A DNA stretch of 64,000 bases from Amphiscolops sp. MND2022 (Eukaryota). Within the stretch, counting starts at the first letter, position 1, and the number at the start of each line of letters is the position of its first letter. The stretch lies in NCBI GenBank assembly GCA_964187785.1, contig OZ076409.1:47060001-47124000 (forward strand). The letters run 5' to 3'. Of this stretch, positions 27,201-37,356 are shown piece after piece. Under the pieces are notes generated by a model. It saw nothing but the letters and a program-made list of their open reading frames with translations. It was not told where the DNA came from and did not search any database. Position numbers and translations under genes: made by a program.

Positions 27201-28023
27201 CTATTTGTTGGAATTGTTGAAGCATTTGGGGTCTTCTGCCTATGCCAGTTCTCGGGTCGCTCGTTCCCTTAGTTGTCTCAGCGTGGACATGCTCTTGGGT
27301 GGCGATGCTGATTATGTAGTGGAATTATTTCAAGAACTGGTTACATGTCTTCAAGAAGCTGGTTACCTTGATAATGTGGATCGCGAGTCGTCAATGAATG
27401 AGTTTAAGTCACTAGTAGTGGATCTTTGTCAGTTATCAGCAGATTCTTCGCAGATTTTTGATGTGTTTGAGTATTTGGAGTCTGTGCGTAGCTACCAGTG
27501 TCGGATACATGTGAAAGAAGTCGTTCGTTTGGTTCGTGTTGTTGTGTGTCCTGCTCTTGAGCCCATGCCTCCGGTCGATATTTCAATCAGTGGGACTCAA
27601 TTGCCTCCTTCTGTTATCCGTTCCGGTCTGTATGCAGTTCAGTCATTCGTGGTTCATCCGAAGTTTATGTCGAACGATTTGTTGACTGTGGAGTGTCTCG
27701 CTGAATTGAAAACTAACTTGCCCGTTGGACATCAATTTTTAGTGCGCAGTTCATTTGATCCTTGGGCTGGGGTCAGTCGCCATTCCAGTGAGGAGATTTT
27801 TGCAAGCCTTTTTGGCTGTTATACTGCATATTATAATGGACAAGTTGAGGAGTGGAGGATACGGACGTCAGGTCAGTCGTCTCGTCGAGGATGTTCTGGT
27901 TCCATTGTTGCTGATGGCGCCTCGTCCGCTGCTGTTGTTGAGAGAGGATCCGATGTTCCTGGGACGTCTTCTCAAAGTCAGAAAGGGAGTAAGAACAGTC
28001 AGAAGCAAGGGAAATCTTGCTGA
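24222..28023 (+). CDS. Spliced antisense gene, exons 24222-24525, 24604-24834, 24945-25148, 25277-25405, 25568-28023 (~1107 aa); BED-like zinc finger, probably hAT-transposase-derived; one premature TAA at 24468
   Basis: Four GT-AG introns (GTAAGC..CACAG, GTAGGT..TGTAG, GTACAG..TTTAG, GTAAGT..TTTAG), all phase 1, join the short ORFs 24144, 24603, 24965 and 25225 to the 796-aa ORF in one frame. Confidence 0.82.
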
Positions 28024-28356
28024 ACTTTTGATGCTGATTGATTTGTTGATGAACTTTTGATTGTATTTATATTGTATTTACTATTTTGTTGAACCCATTA
28101 TTGTTCTCTTGTTATTCCTGGGGTTCCGCATGTCGGTTCCTTTCAATCATCAAAAGAATTGAAGAATAATGCTCCTGTTGTAGGGGGTAAGATAGAAAAG
28201 CTCAGTTGAGTATAGGGCTTGTCAATTTAGCATTTAGCCTCTGAATTGTTTTCATCCAAGTCGTAGAGTACAGTAGAGTGAGTGAGAGCCATAGTAATTT
28301 GAAGAGATTTGAAGTCAGGTCATAGGATTGTGGTCCAGGCCAGTGCCTGGGCCTGA

Positions 28357-31300
28357 TTAATTTTCTGATCTCGGACTGCCGTCTGGGCCGAGGTCCGCTA
28401 AAACCTGTAATTCTGGGCCGTTGTCCAGTCCGTCGGAAGAATGTGCCAAATTTGTTGAATTGGCTGTTAGGGCATTGTAATAGGCATATTCTGGTTTCCA
28501 ATTTGACGTCGGGTTTTTTCGAAGGTTGTAATGGGATTTCCGGGGGGATTGAGGTGCGGGTGTATTATTTTCGGGTTCATCATCGATATCAATTGGTGGG
28601 TCCTGTGTCTGGTCACTTGGGTGGTTAGGAATGATTTCGGGGTCGTATACTAGGTTAGGACTTGGGGGGCCGGGGTGGGTGGGGTCATTGATTGTTTCTG
28701 GGGTTGGTTGGATCACTTCGGGTTCGGGTAATTGTTTGTTTTCGGGTTGGTTAGGGCATTCTTTGTACAGTTCTTCCCACGCCATTGCGAAGAGGTCGTC
28801 GTGCTGTATGGTTACTTCTGTATCCTGCTGGAAGTCCTTGGGTGGGACTGTAATGTCAGGCAGCTTGTGGCTGCTTGCGAAGGGGCGTAGCCTGATTCTA
28901 TGCAAGATCTGTGTGAAATTGGTCTGGAGTTTACGTATAAGATAGTTGTTGTTGGGTAGGGTTTTGACCACGATATATGGTCCCGTCCAAAGGTATTCCC
29001 GAAACGGCAATTTCGTCGCTTGGCTATGCGCCTTTGGATGCAAAGCATAGCAGTAGTCGTTTACTACCAAGGGGTGTGCTGATGCTTTCCGGTCATAATA
29101 ACGCTTATGTCGGACGTAGGCTTGCATCAGGGCTTGTTGGCTCTGGTTGAGGATTTCTTGTGTTTGTTGTAACACTCTCTCAGCTATTTCGTGGTTGGTT
29201 GGGGCAGTGGCCTGGGGTTTAAGGCCGTACTTTAGGTCGAGTACGTTGTATGGCACTCTTCCATGGAAAACTCGGCTGGGTTCGCAGCCTAATGATGTGT
29301 GGTAGGAAGTGTTGTAATTTAATACTGCCATTGGTAAGACTTGGTGCCACATCGTTCGCCTCTCTCCCGTCATGATTTTTAGGCTTGCTTTGAGCGAGAC
29401 GTGGGTCCTTTCTAGGATGCCTATCGTCTGTGCATGTTTGGTGGTGGCATGTTTCAGTTGGATTCCGAGAATGGCTGTTGTTTGTTGCATTGCCTCCGAT
29501 ATGAACATGGATCCTTTGTCCGTGATTATCGTTGTGGGGGAATAGCAGTGTCTTGTGATGATATCTGTAAGGACCCGTGTGACAGTCTTGGTGTCGATTC
29601 TGGCGACGCTATACGCAAATAGATAACGGGAGAATACATCCATCGCTGTGCTGACTGCAGTGTATCCTCCTGAAGGGTCGTCGAAAGGGACGATGTCCAT
29701 TTGTAGTGCGTCTTCTGGGCCCATCGCTATTTTGGACATGTCGATGAGCGGGGGTGTAATGTTGGCATTTGGTATCCTTTTCGTCTGAGCGCATTCTGGG
29801 CATTGTGCAATATGGGTGGCTATTCGGGCGGCTAGCCCCGGGAAGTAGTACTTTTCGCGGCATTGCTGGATGGTTTTAGCTATACCTGGGTGTTTCCCGA
29901 ATTTGCCATGGTGGTGTTGTATGAATTCGTCAACTAGTTGCTGGGGGAGTAGTACTTGCAAGTACTTGACTTTCCCTGTATCGCCAAAATATTGTCGATA
30001 CAGGAGTCCATCTTTTATGATGATGCGGTCATCTTGTGTGAGGTATTTGGCCGCTCTGGGATCGTCGTTCAGAAGTTGGGTGTCGTACGGTTCTTTTAGG
30101 ATTTTCAGTTTGAGGTTTCTGAGGACGGGGTCCTGGTCTTGGTACGGTCTCAGACTGCGCGGGAAGATTGTGTCACTGTGGATTTGGCGCCGCTGTTCTT
30201 GCTCTGGGTCTTGGATGTTGTTGCAGACCAAGGGTAGGTTCTCGGGTTGGGAGATGGTTTGGGCGGTTTCACTCTTGGGGTCGGAGTTCTGTTCATGGGG
30301 TGTGTAGATCTGTTTCCTGGCTTGTTGTTTACGCTCCCAAATGTCTTCTTCGGTCTCAGTGTCGTCCTCTGGTAAAAAATAGAATTGATCTTCTTCATGG
30401 ATGTCGGAGGATTGTATGTTTACCTGGATCGGTGTCGTTTGAATGTCTTCTCTGATTTGGAGAAGGACTTTTTCTTTGGGGCTAATGTCTAATCGGGAGA
30501 GGAAATCGGCTGCTGTATTCATCCTTCCCGGCACATGGGCGATTTTAAAGTGAAATTGCAGTACAAAATCGCAGGCATTCCAGAGGGAGGGTGGTATCAT
30601 CTTGGTTTGGAAAAACCTGGTGACTGATTTATTGTCGGTTAAGACAATAGTCGGTTTGGATGAACCCCACAAGATGTGACTATATTCCATAAAAGCGAAA
30701 TAGATGGCTAAGAATTCTTTGGCATAGATTGACATCTTCAACTGGGATGGTGAAAAAGTTTTAGAGCCAAATGCCACTGGAGCGTAAGTCTTCCTGGTGG
30801 AGGTGATCTTTTGCTCCGGGTCTTCTTCCGTCATCAAGGCATATCCGGCATTCCTGAAGCTTGCGTCTGTCATTAGTACGTACTGCCGGTTTGGCAGTGG
30901 CTGTTTGAGCCAAAGGCCGCATGCGTTGTCTAACGATTTGTTGATAGCTTCGAAATTGGATATGAGTTCCTGATCTATCTTGACTGGCATGTCTGATTTG
31001 ATGAGTTCATGAAATGGGGCAATCTTCTCTGATAATCGGGGAATGTAGTTTCTGTAGTAATTTACGAAGCTGATGTATCTTTGAAGTCCCTTCTTCGTCC
31101 GGGGGAATTTGATGGTCTGAAGGTGTTTCTGGATCTTGTGGCTTTGGGGTGCCACCCCTGCTGGGGAAATTGTTCGCCCAAGGAATTCGACTTCCTTGGC
31201 GCCGAACTGACATTTGGCCATGGAGAGCCGGAGTCCTGCTGCGCGGATGCAGTGGAAAACTTCTCTCAAGTTGTTCTTTAACTTCTCGGGAGTGTTGGTG

Positions 31301-33453
31301 GCGATTCCAATGTCATCCACGTACTGAGCGCATTTGTCCGCCTTTATGGCCTTGTCGAGGTATTCCCTCATGAAACTTGAAAAGGACGACAATGAGCGGC
31401 TCACGCTATGGGCTAGCCTGAGGTACGCGAATGTCCTGCTGGCGAAGTTGAATGCTAGAAGTTGAACGGACTTTTGGTCTGCCATTTGCAGCACGTGGTA
31501 GGCTTGTGAACAATCAAGCTTGCAAAACAACTTCTTGCCGGCGAGGTGTTGCGCCGCGTCTGTCAGTGTGCTCACTGGATGATTGTTGTTAATGTAATCA
31601 TCAGATATCAGATTGTTGATTTTTCGGAGGTCGACTAGTAGGCGCAGGCGGCCGTTTGGCTTCCGTTGGGCGAAAATGGGGCTGGCATACTTGCTGAACG
31701 GGAGCGTGGTTATAATCCCGAAGTAATGCATTAGGCCCAATTCGACCGTCAGATCTTCTTTCAGGTTAATGGGGCAGGGCAAACTCTGTGAGTAGACGGG
31801 GTCGTCTGTTTTCGGTGTGAGTTTGATTTTGAAATCATGGTTGATTCCAATGTCTAGTCGGTGTCTTGCAAAGATATCGTTGAACTCTATGAGTATTTCT
31901 TCGATGTCTTTCTTGTCATCTTCTGAGAGTTGTGAATCGTCCCATTTGAAGCTTTGGAGGAATGTTTTTAGTTCCTCTTCGCTGTTGTTTGGGTCGAGTT
32001 TCTGGATTTCTTCCAGTTCTTTGATTTCTCGGAGAATTCGGTTCTGAATCGGGGTGTGTGTAGCGGGGTCTCCGGGGTGGTCTGGTGTGGGAAACCAAAA
32101 GTTTTGATTGTGAGATGGTTTTTCTGAGGTTTTCAGGAGCTCGTTGATGTACACCATCGCTTCTTCGGAGTCGTCTTCGGCGAGCACTTTGAGTGCTGCT
32201 GTGTTGAGTGGTTTGAGTTCTTTTGCCTCTTCAGGGGACAGGATTTTGAATTCTGCTATTGTTGTGTTTCGTTTGATGGTATAGGGTGTAGGGGTGGTAT
32301 TTGTTACTCTGATGTCAATTTTTCGGTTTGAGGCTGTTGAGATTGAACTGGCTACCACGAGGGGGTCGCCACTGCAGTGGTTGGTGGCTGGGTTGATGAC
32401 ACCGGTTGTGTCGACGTTGGATGGGATATCTGTGGAGCCTGTTATTGTTTGTGTCGTTTCAGGGGGAATAGTGAGTGGATTCTTTATTTGTACTTTGTAC
32501 AGTTTCCTGTTACGGGTATATTCGTCGGTTTCGATTGAATATGTGAGGTGGGGGAAGTGTAGCAGGCCCTGGCTCACGTCCAGGATGGCGCTGTTATTTT
32601 TAAGGAACGTGAGGCCAAGTATTGGGCCTGTCAGTCGTTTGGCCACGATAAATGTTTCCTTAAAATTCCAGTCTCCGATTTCGAATTGGAGGTTGATTGT
32701 TTTGGTGGGTGTTTCAATGTCGTTATTTGCGACTTGGAGTTTGAACGGAGGCGGTTCCAACTCTTTAACTATGTCTTTGGGGGACATTTGGAGGATTTTA
32801 TTGTAATCGGTTTCGGAGATGCAGTTTACAAGGGCGCCAGAGTCAATAAGGGCGTCCAGGGTCAAGTCCTGGAAGTCCATGGGGGCGAAGAGCATTTTCT
32901 TCTTCTTTTTGAGGGATACTGCTGAAAAGATTGGTATGCACTCTTCTTTTGTTATGGGGTCTCTCGTGAGGTATTCCGCAATCTGGGCCAGGGGGTAGGA
33001 CTGGGGTTCGTCCTGGGATGGTGTGTCATTTGCAACACCGGTGGGGGATCCAGATTGTGTATTAGTTGTGGCAGGGTTGAGGGGTCGAGGGTCCTCGACT
33101 TCGTTTCCGGTCTGCCTACTGGAGAGAGAGGTGTGAACGTTGATTTCTCTGACTGGACTTTTGTTGTTCCTCTGATATTCTGCAGTCTGCTCAGGGAGGT
33201 AGGACTTGGGAACGTCCTGTTGCGGTGTGCCGTTTGCAGCACCTGATGGGAATTCAGACTGCATGTTGGTTGCGTCAGCTATGATGTGTCGATCGGTGTC
33301 GATTTCATCTTCTAGCTGACTATTGAGGATAGTGGGTGAGAGCTGTGTCTCGTATTGAACGGAGGGTTCTAGGAGAAGAGATCTCTTTATTCGTTTGGTT
33401 TTTGGTTTGGAGAAGTTTGTCTCCGAATTGGGTGTAGGTGAGGTCAGGTCCAC
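28357..33453 (-). CDS. pol: Gypsy Pol: aspartic protease, dUTPase-like remnant, RT, RNase H, integrase
   Basis: ALIDSGA; LRLLVDLR; KLDCSQAY; YVDD; LMTDAS...KEFLAI...TDNK...ADFLSR; H-H..CPEC; D(QMDI)-D(ITDKG)-E(ILER); GPY module. Confidence 0.97.
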   Translation of the reverse strand: MDLTSPTPNSETNFSKPKTKRIKRSLLLEPSVQYETQLSPTILNSQLEDEIDTDRHIIADATNMQSEFPSGAANGTPQQDVPKSYLPEQTAEYQRNNKSPVREINVHTSLSSRQTGNEVEDPRPLNPATTNTQSGSPTGVANDTPSQDEPQSYPLAQIAEYLTRDPITKEECIPIFSAVSLKKKKKMLFAPMDFQDLTLDALIDSGALVNCISETDYNKILQMSPKDIVKELEPPPFKLQVANNDIETPTKTINLQFEIGDWNFKETFIVAKRLTGPILGLTFLKNNSAILDVSQGLLHFPHLTYSIETDEYTRNRKLYKVQIKNPLTIPPETTQTITGSTDIPSNVDTTGVINPATNHCSGDPLVVASSISTASNRKIDIRVTNTTPTPYTIKRNTTIAEFKILSPEEAKELKPLNTAALKVLAEDDSEEAMVYINELLKTSEKPSHNQNFWFPTPDHPGDPATHTPIQNRILREIKELEEIQKLDPNNSEEELKTFLQSFKWDDSQLSEDDKKDIEEILIEFNDIFARHRLDIGINHDFKIKLTPKTDDPVYSQSLPCPINLKEDLTVELGLMHYFGIITTLPFSKYASPIFAQRKPNGRLRLLVDLRKINNLISDDYINNNHPVSTLTDAAQHLAGKKLFCKLDCSQAYHVLQMADQKSVQLLAFNFASRTFAYLRLAHSVSRSLSSFSSFMREYLDKAIKADKCAQYVDDIGIATNTPEKLKNNLREVFHCIRAAGLRLSMAKCQFGAKEVEFLGRTISPAGVAPQSHKIQKHLQTIKFPRTKKGLQRYISFVNYYRNYIPRLSEKIAPFHELIKSDMPVKIDQELISNFEAINKSLDNACGLWLKQPLPNRQYVLMTDASFRNAGYALMTEEDPEQKITSTRKTYAPVAFGSKTFSPSQLKMSIYAKEFLAIYFAFMEYSHILWGSSKPTIVLTDNKSVTRFFQTKMIPPSLWNACDFVLQFHFKIAHVPGRMNTAADFLSRLDISPKEKVLLQIREDIQTTPIQVNIQSSDIHEEDQFYFLPEDDTETEEDIWERKQQARKQIYTPHEQNSDPKSETAQTISQPENLPLVCNNIQDPEQEQRRQIHSDTIFPRSLRPYQDQDPVLRNLKLKILKEPYDTQLLNDDPRAAKYLTQDDRIIIKDGLLYRQYFGDTGKVKYLQVLLPQQLVDEFIQHHHGKFGKHPGIAKTIQQCREKYYFPGLAARIATHIAQCPECAQTKRIPNANITPPLIDMSKIAMGPEDALQMDIVPFDDPSGGYTAVSTAMDVFSRYLFAYSVARIDTKTVTRVLTDIITRHCYSPTTIITDKGSMFISEAMQQTTAILGIQLKHATTKHAQTIGILERTHVSLKASLKIMTGERRTMWHQVLPMAVLNYNTSYHTSLGCEPSRVFHGRVPYNVLDLKYGLKPQATAPTNHEIAERVLQQTQEILNQSQQALMQAYVRHKRYYDRKASAHPLVVNDYCYALHPKAHSQATKLPFREYLWTGPYIVVKTLPNNNYLIRKLQTNFTQILHRIRLRPFASSHKLPDITVPPKDFQQDTEVTIQHDDLFAMAWEELYKECPNQPENKQLPEPEVIQPTPETINDPTHPGPPSPNLVYDPEIIPNHPSDQTQDPPIDIDDEPENNTPAPQSPRKSHYNLRKNPTSNWKPEYAYYNALTANSTNLAHSSDGLDNGPELQVLADLGPDGSPRSEN

Positions 33454-34124
33454 GGCTTCGATCGTGGTCCTATCGGTGAGGTTTCAAGTTGGTGGCTGTC
33501 TGGTGCCACGTCCGTTGTTGGGGATCGTATGATACCGGCTCTGATAGGGTTTCTTGGCTGATCTTTTGGTGGAGAATGGGGAGCCGTGGTATAGGATCCT
33601 TGGTTCTTGAGTATAGATTTGACGTTGTTCTGTGAGATATCAACTAGGATTTCTGTCACGTGTTCGGCATCCTGGTTGTAGTCTGGGATAGGTTGGACGG
33701 TTTTGGACCTGTGACGTGGTTCGGTGGAAATATTCATCCCTGTTTTTCTGATGTACTCTTCAAATGGCGTGCATTCCTGCTGTTTGAACGTTAGGGTTGT
33801 CTTGTCATACAGTTGAGGGTTGTAGTATGGGTCGCAGTTGAAGTCAGAGTCGTGGAAGTAGGTTTCAGGTGAAGTGCTTTCTGGTAGGGGTCGTTTAGGA
33901 GTATTGTAAGCAGTCGGGTTGTCAAGATACCACTGAGGATAGTCTTTCTTTGCAGTGTTTTGGCGATTATATTTATTGAGCTTGTGAATCTGCCATCTTC
34001 GCTGCCAGTCGAGAGATGGTTCTTCATGTCGCTCGGTGTTCCTTTCGTGGTCATAGGAATTTGGGGGTTCAGATGTTGTGTACTGTCGGGTTTCGACGGT
34101 GTCCCCAAATCGAAGATGTGGCAT
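33444..34124 (-). CDS. Pol N-terminal extension (in the -1 frame of gag; separated from the rest of pol by a probable 1-nt deletion)
   Basis: Directly follows the slippery site; its frame overlaps the pol frame at ~33444-33485. Confidence 0.7.
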   Translation of the reverse strand: MPHLRFGDTVETRQYTTSEPPNSYDHERNTERHEEPSLDWQRRWQIHKLNKYNRQNTAKKDYPQWYLDNPTAYNTPKRPLPESTSPETYFHDSDFNCDPYYNPQLYDKTTLTFKQQECTPFEEYIRKTGMNISTEPRHRSKTVQPIPDYNQDAEHVTEILVDISQNNVKSILKNQGSYTTAPHSPPKDQPRNPIRAGIIRSPTTDVAPDSHQLETSPIGPRSKPWT

Positions 34125-34136
34125 ATTTAGTTTTTT
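34085..34136 (-). other. Putative -1 programmed ribosomal frameshift signal
   Basis: TCA AAA AAC TAA gives the heptamer A-AAA-AAC just before the gag stop; downstream TTCGA...TCGAA stem with a GGGG loop and nearby CCC. Confidence 0.75.
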
Positions 34137-35614
34137 GATTGGCTGAGCTCCTGGGTTTGGTTTTGAGGTTGAGTGTTCTGCGGGAGCATGGGTTGGTAGC
34201 CCGTTTGGCTATTTGTTTGGTTGTTAAATGGGTGTTGATGTACTGGTGTGTTGTCTGGGGGGTACTGACCTTGTGTATTCTGTGGCAACGGGATGTTATT
34301 CGGTGAAGTTGCTTTAGGGGTCTTCCACCATTGGGGTCTGTTTGCCCAGTTGGCGCCAGAATAACAATCCTGTGTCGTTTGGCTCTTTTTGCCGCAGGTT
34401 TCACATGGGTTTGTTATTTTAGTCGGTGCCCTATTGCCTCGGTTGCGGGCTTCCCGAGCAGTTTTCCGGCAGTTCTTTATTACATGTCCTGGGTTGCCAC
34501 ATCCGAAACACGGGCCCGCTGGTTTGGGTGGATTGGCGGTTTGTTGTGGGGCGTCTTGTACATCGATTTGGTGTACTCCTGTTATGTTTGTTTCGCTTGG
34601 GGCCAGGAGTCCGTTTAACTCCATCTCGCGTTCTAGGTGTTGGACCATCAGGTCGTATGACTCTGTCTCGAGTCTTGCCTGGTTAAGGACTCGTTTTAAG
34701 TGCGCTGGCATTTTTGCATAGAATGAGGTTTCTATGAACTTTGGGGCGTCGTCGCCATATGCCTCCTGTGCCAATTTCTGGTATTGCTCCAAGAAGTCTT
34801 GGAAGGTTTGGCGAGTCGGGTCGAATTAAAGTTGTTCCCACTTACATCTTGCGGTGGCTATGGATTGTGGGCGAACGTATCGTCTTCGGAATGTGGTAAT
34901 GATGTCGTCTAAACTGGCGCGGTTTGCGTCTGTCATATTGCGATACGTCTGTAGGGCATCGCCTCTCAGGAGGGAGTGGAAGTAGTGAATTTGCTCTTCC
35001 TCTGAGATATTTGGATATACTTTGAGGCTTGTCATAAACAGGTCCTCGAAGTGTTCGAATTTGTCGTTGCGGCCATCAAATGTGGGCATGGTTGTTGAGA
35101 GTGCCTTCGGGAGTCTGGGCAGTCCCGCGCTCTGTTGTGTGGCATTCTTCAGGGATTCGAGCAATTTGTCCACGATATCGTCTGGATATCTCATGTTGGG
35201 CGGGGGTAGACTTGATGATCGGGTGGGTATGTCCTGGGTTGTGGTAACTCCTGTCACCATGTGTTGACCGTGATTAGGGAGCAAATCACTTGGTTCAACT
35301 AGTCTATATCTATACTCCTCGTTTTCTGCATCCTCGTCGTTGGGACCACGACGCACGTTGTTAGGCGGTCTTTCTGTCAGCGTATCGATTTTAGAAGTCA
35401 GGTTTTCTATTATCTTCAGAATCTCGCGCTGTCCGACTTCCGCGTCTTTGATTCTTTTACTTACAGATTTTTCTATCTTTTCAGATAATTCCGTAAAATC
35501 CTTATCGGACAAACTAGCAGCGTTTTCAGTTCTCATGCTAGAAGATTCAGGTTCGTCTAAAGAGTTCACAGGGGAATCCCTTCTGGCTTTTCTTTTGGAG
35601 CTACGTTCTGGCAT
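34127..35614 (-). CDS. gag: Gag (starts within LTR; in-frame stop at 34826-34828)
   Basis: PTFDG..FEDLF..LLRGDAL capsid-like region; zinc knuckles CFGCGNPGHVIKNC and CETCGKKS(Q)TTQDC. ORFs 34826-35674 and 34127-34792 are in the same frame. Confidence 0.92.
35242..35259 (-). other. Primer-binding site
   Basis: TGGTGACAGGAGTTACCA immediately follows the 5' LTR ...CAACACA. Confidence 0.8.
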
Positions 35615-37169
35615 CTTACTTAGGCTTGATAATTCTCGATTTTCTTTTTTAAGGAAATTAGAGCAAGTTCTCAAGTGACAAAGTGTGACGTTTCAAGATT
35701 TTTAATTATCGTTAAACGAAAGATAATTGTTTCGCAAAATAACAAAATTCAACTAAACATGGCTTCTAGCTCGCATTGTATTTATACTTTCCATTCCGGA
35801 AATCGGGGAAAAGACACGAACATACTTCATATTTTGTTCAGTCCGGCGTCCGTCCGAGGCAGGGAAACAGGAAGTTCAGTTCTGCTTTGTCGAACTCAGG
35901 CCTTCAGCTTGTTCATGCTTTCCGAAGAAAGCACGCGCCCACTTCCGGCCTGAGTTGCGACTCCGCTTCCCTTCGCCTCTGATCTTCCGCCTTTTCAGGA
36001 CGCCGAACTGAAAAAAATTATCAAGACACGCGCAATGAGTCACTGAACAAGGTTGATTAACTGCACAAATTTGGAAAAAATGATGACAACCAATTTTCCT
36101 TTACAAATAATTCTCTAGATTAAATAAATCAGCAACAATTTGGATGAAATTAAACCTGAATCACACATTAAGTTTTAAATGAAAAGGGTAGAATTGCTTC
36201 TACAGTATTTACGGCTCTGATTTTTGGTCAAGATCACGAAGCCTGGCCCCAGGCCATAGTCCGGGACGGACAAATTTGTTCAATGGATAAAGCAACTATT
36301 AATTATAAACAGCATCAGATACATTGTTCAGAAAGGTATTTAATGTAATTAAACGGCAACAGATTCAGGGGACAGGACATACATGTTATTAACACTTGGT
36401 TTGATATTCAGTACTAAATCTTTGGTCCAGGCTGCGGTTCAGGCCTGTTTATAGATTAATCAAAATTTACATGCAAAAGAACGTTGTATGTGATATTTTA
36501 AACGACGATATAGTTTAAGATCATAAATAATATTCTCTAGATTCATTTCGAGACAAAGTTACATGATAGCATCATCATCTTTCACTTTCGTGATTGATTT
36601 ATCGTATGTAATTCTCAGGCCGCATCCCAGGCCACGGTACGTGATACTCTATTAAGTTAGCACAGAAATCTCAATCGTTGGTATATTTGCACTTGTATTG
36701 TTAATAAAACACTGCACTAGACATTAGTTCATTTACATGTATTCACTATAACGCGCGCTTGCATATTAGTTCACTGAGTTTATAATTCTCAGGCTGCCTG
36801 CCAGGCCGCCGCTTCAGTGCGAGTATTTGAGGCCGGCTGCCAGGCCTCAGTTCCGCCTTCGATTTCTCAGTTCGTTCACTGAGCGGTGCAATTCGATTAT
36901 TATTATTACATAGTTTTGTAATATTATTAACTGCACAAATAGCTCCGTTATTCCGTAAGTACGTGTTTATATAAGTGTACATTATTATGATAATAATACT
37001 AATATGCATATATTTATTAATTTAACTTCAAATTTATATTGTTTAACTCCTTTGTTTCTGATTGTTTGTCCGCTGTCTATTTCCTCTTCTTTTGTTCTTT
37101 TCCCAATTTATTCTTCGAAGACTGGGTTGTGTTTGTTGCAATACTCGCAGCTCAGGCGGGGCTGTGACA
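35260..37169 (-). repeat. 5' LTR (1910 bp)
   Basis: TGTCACAGCC...CAACACA; direct repeat of 21569-23479. Confidence 0.97.
35779..35786 (-). promoter_or_regulatory. LTR TATA box
   Basis: TATAAATA ~165 nt upstream of the gag ATG. Equivalent boxes at 22088, 8807, 11809, 37893 and 48028 in related LTRs. Confidence 0.6.
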
Positions 37170-37230
37170 ATGTTCACTCTCACTTCATGCCGGGAATGCA
37201 ACGTAGTTTCTTCACACTGAGTTACGTTTG

Positions 37231-37252
37231 GCTGCTGCTGCTGCTGCTGCTG
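37231..37252 (+). repeat. (GCT)7 microsatellite
   Basis: Directly visible. Confidence 0.9.
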
Positions 37253-37356
37253 TTTTTTCGTACTGTGAAAAAAAGCCATGCATGCTTAAAGTGTGAACGG
37301 GTCGCCGAAATGAGTGAGCGAAGGCGGCGGCAGTACAAATGCGTGAACACAACAAG

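Larger units (their letters stand above)
21569..37169 (-). mobile_element. Full-length Ty3/Gypsy LTR retrotransposon (15.6 kb) with two extra genes
   Basis: Paired LTRs with TG...CA termini, 5-bp TSD ATGTT (21564-68, 37170-74), PBS, gag, and pol in PR-RT-RH-IN order. Confidence 0.97.

Noticed and set aside
23418..28023. Extra ORFs as an env gene (errantivirus-like)
   Set aside because: The large gene is antisense with a zinc finger; ORF3 is short and acidic; neither shows a signal peptide, furin/fusion peptide or TM anchor.
28443..33246. Many short ORFs overlapping pol on both strands
   Set aside because: Shadow frames of pol codon bias; no motifs or splice support.
33444..33490. Second programmed frameshift in pol
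   Set aside because: No X-XXY-YYZ heptamer; restoring one A in GAA ACC fuses the frames, so a deletion or assembly error is simpler.
34826..34828. Programmed readthrough stop in gag
   Set aside because: The TAA lies in the middle of the capsid region; more likely a nonsense mutation in this copy.
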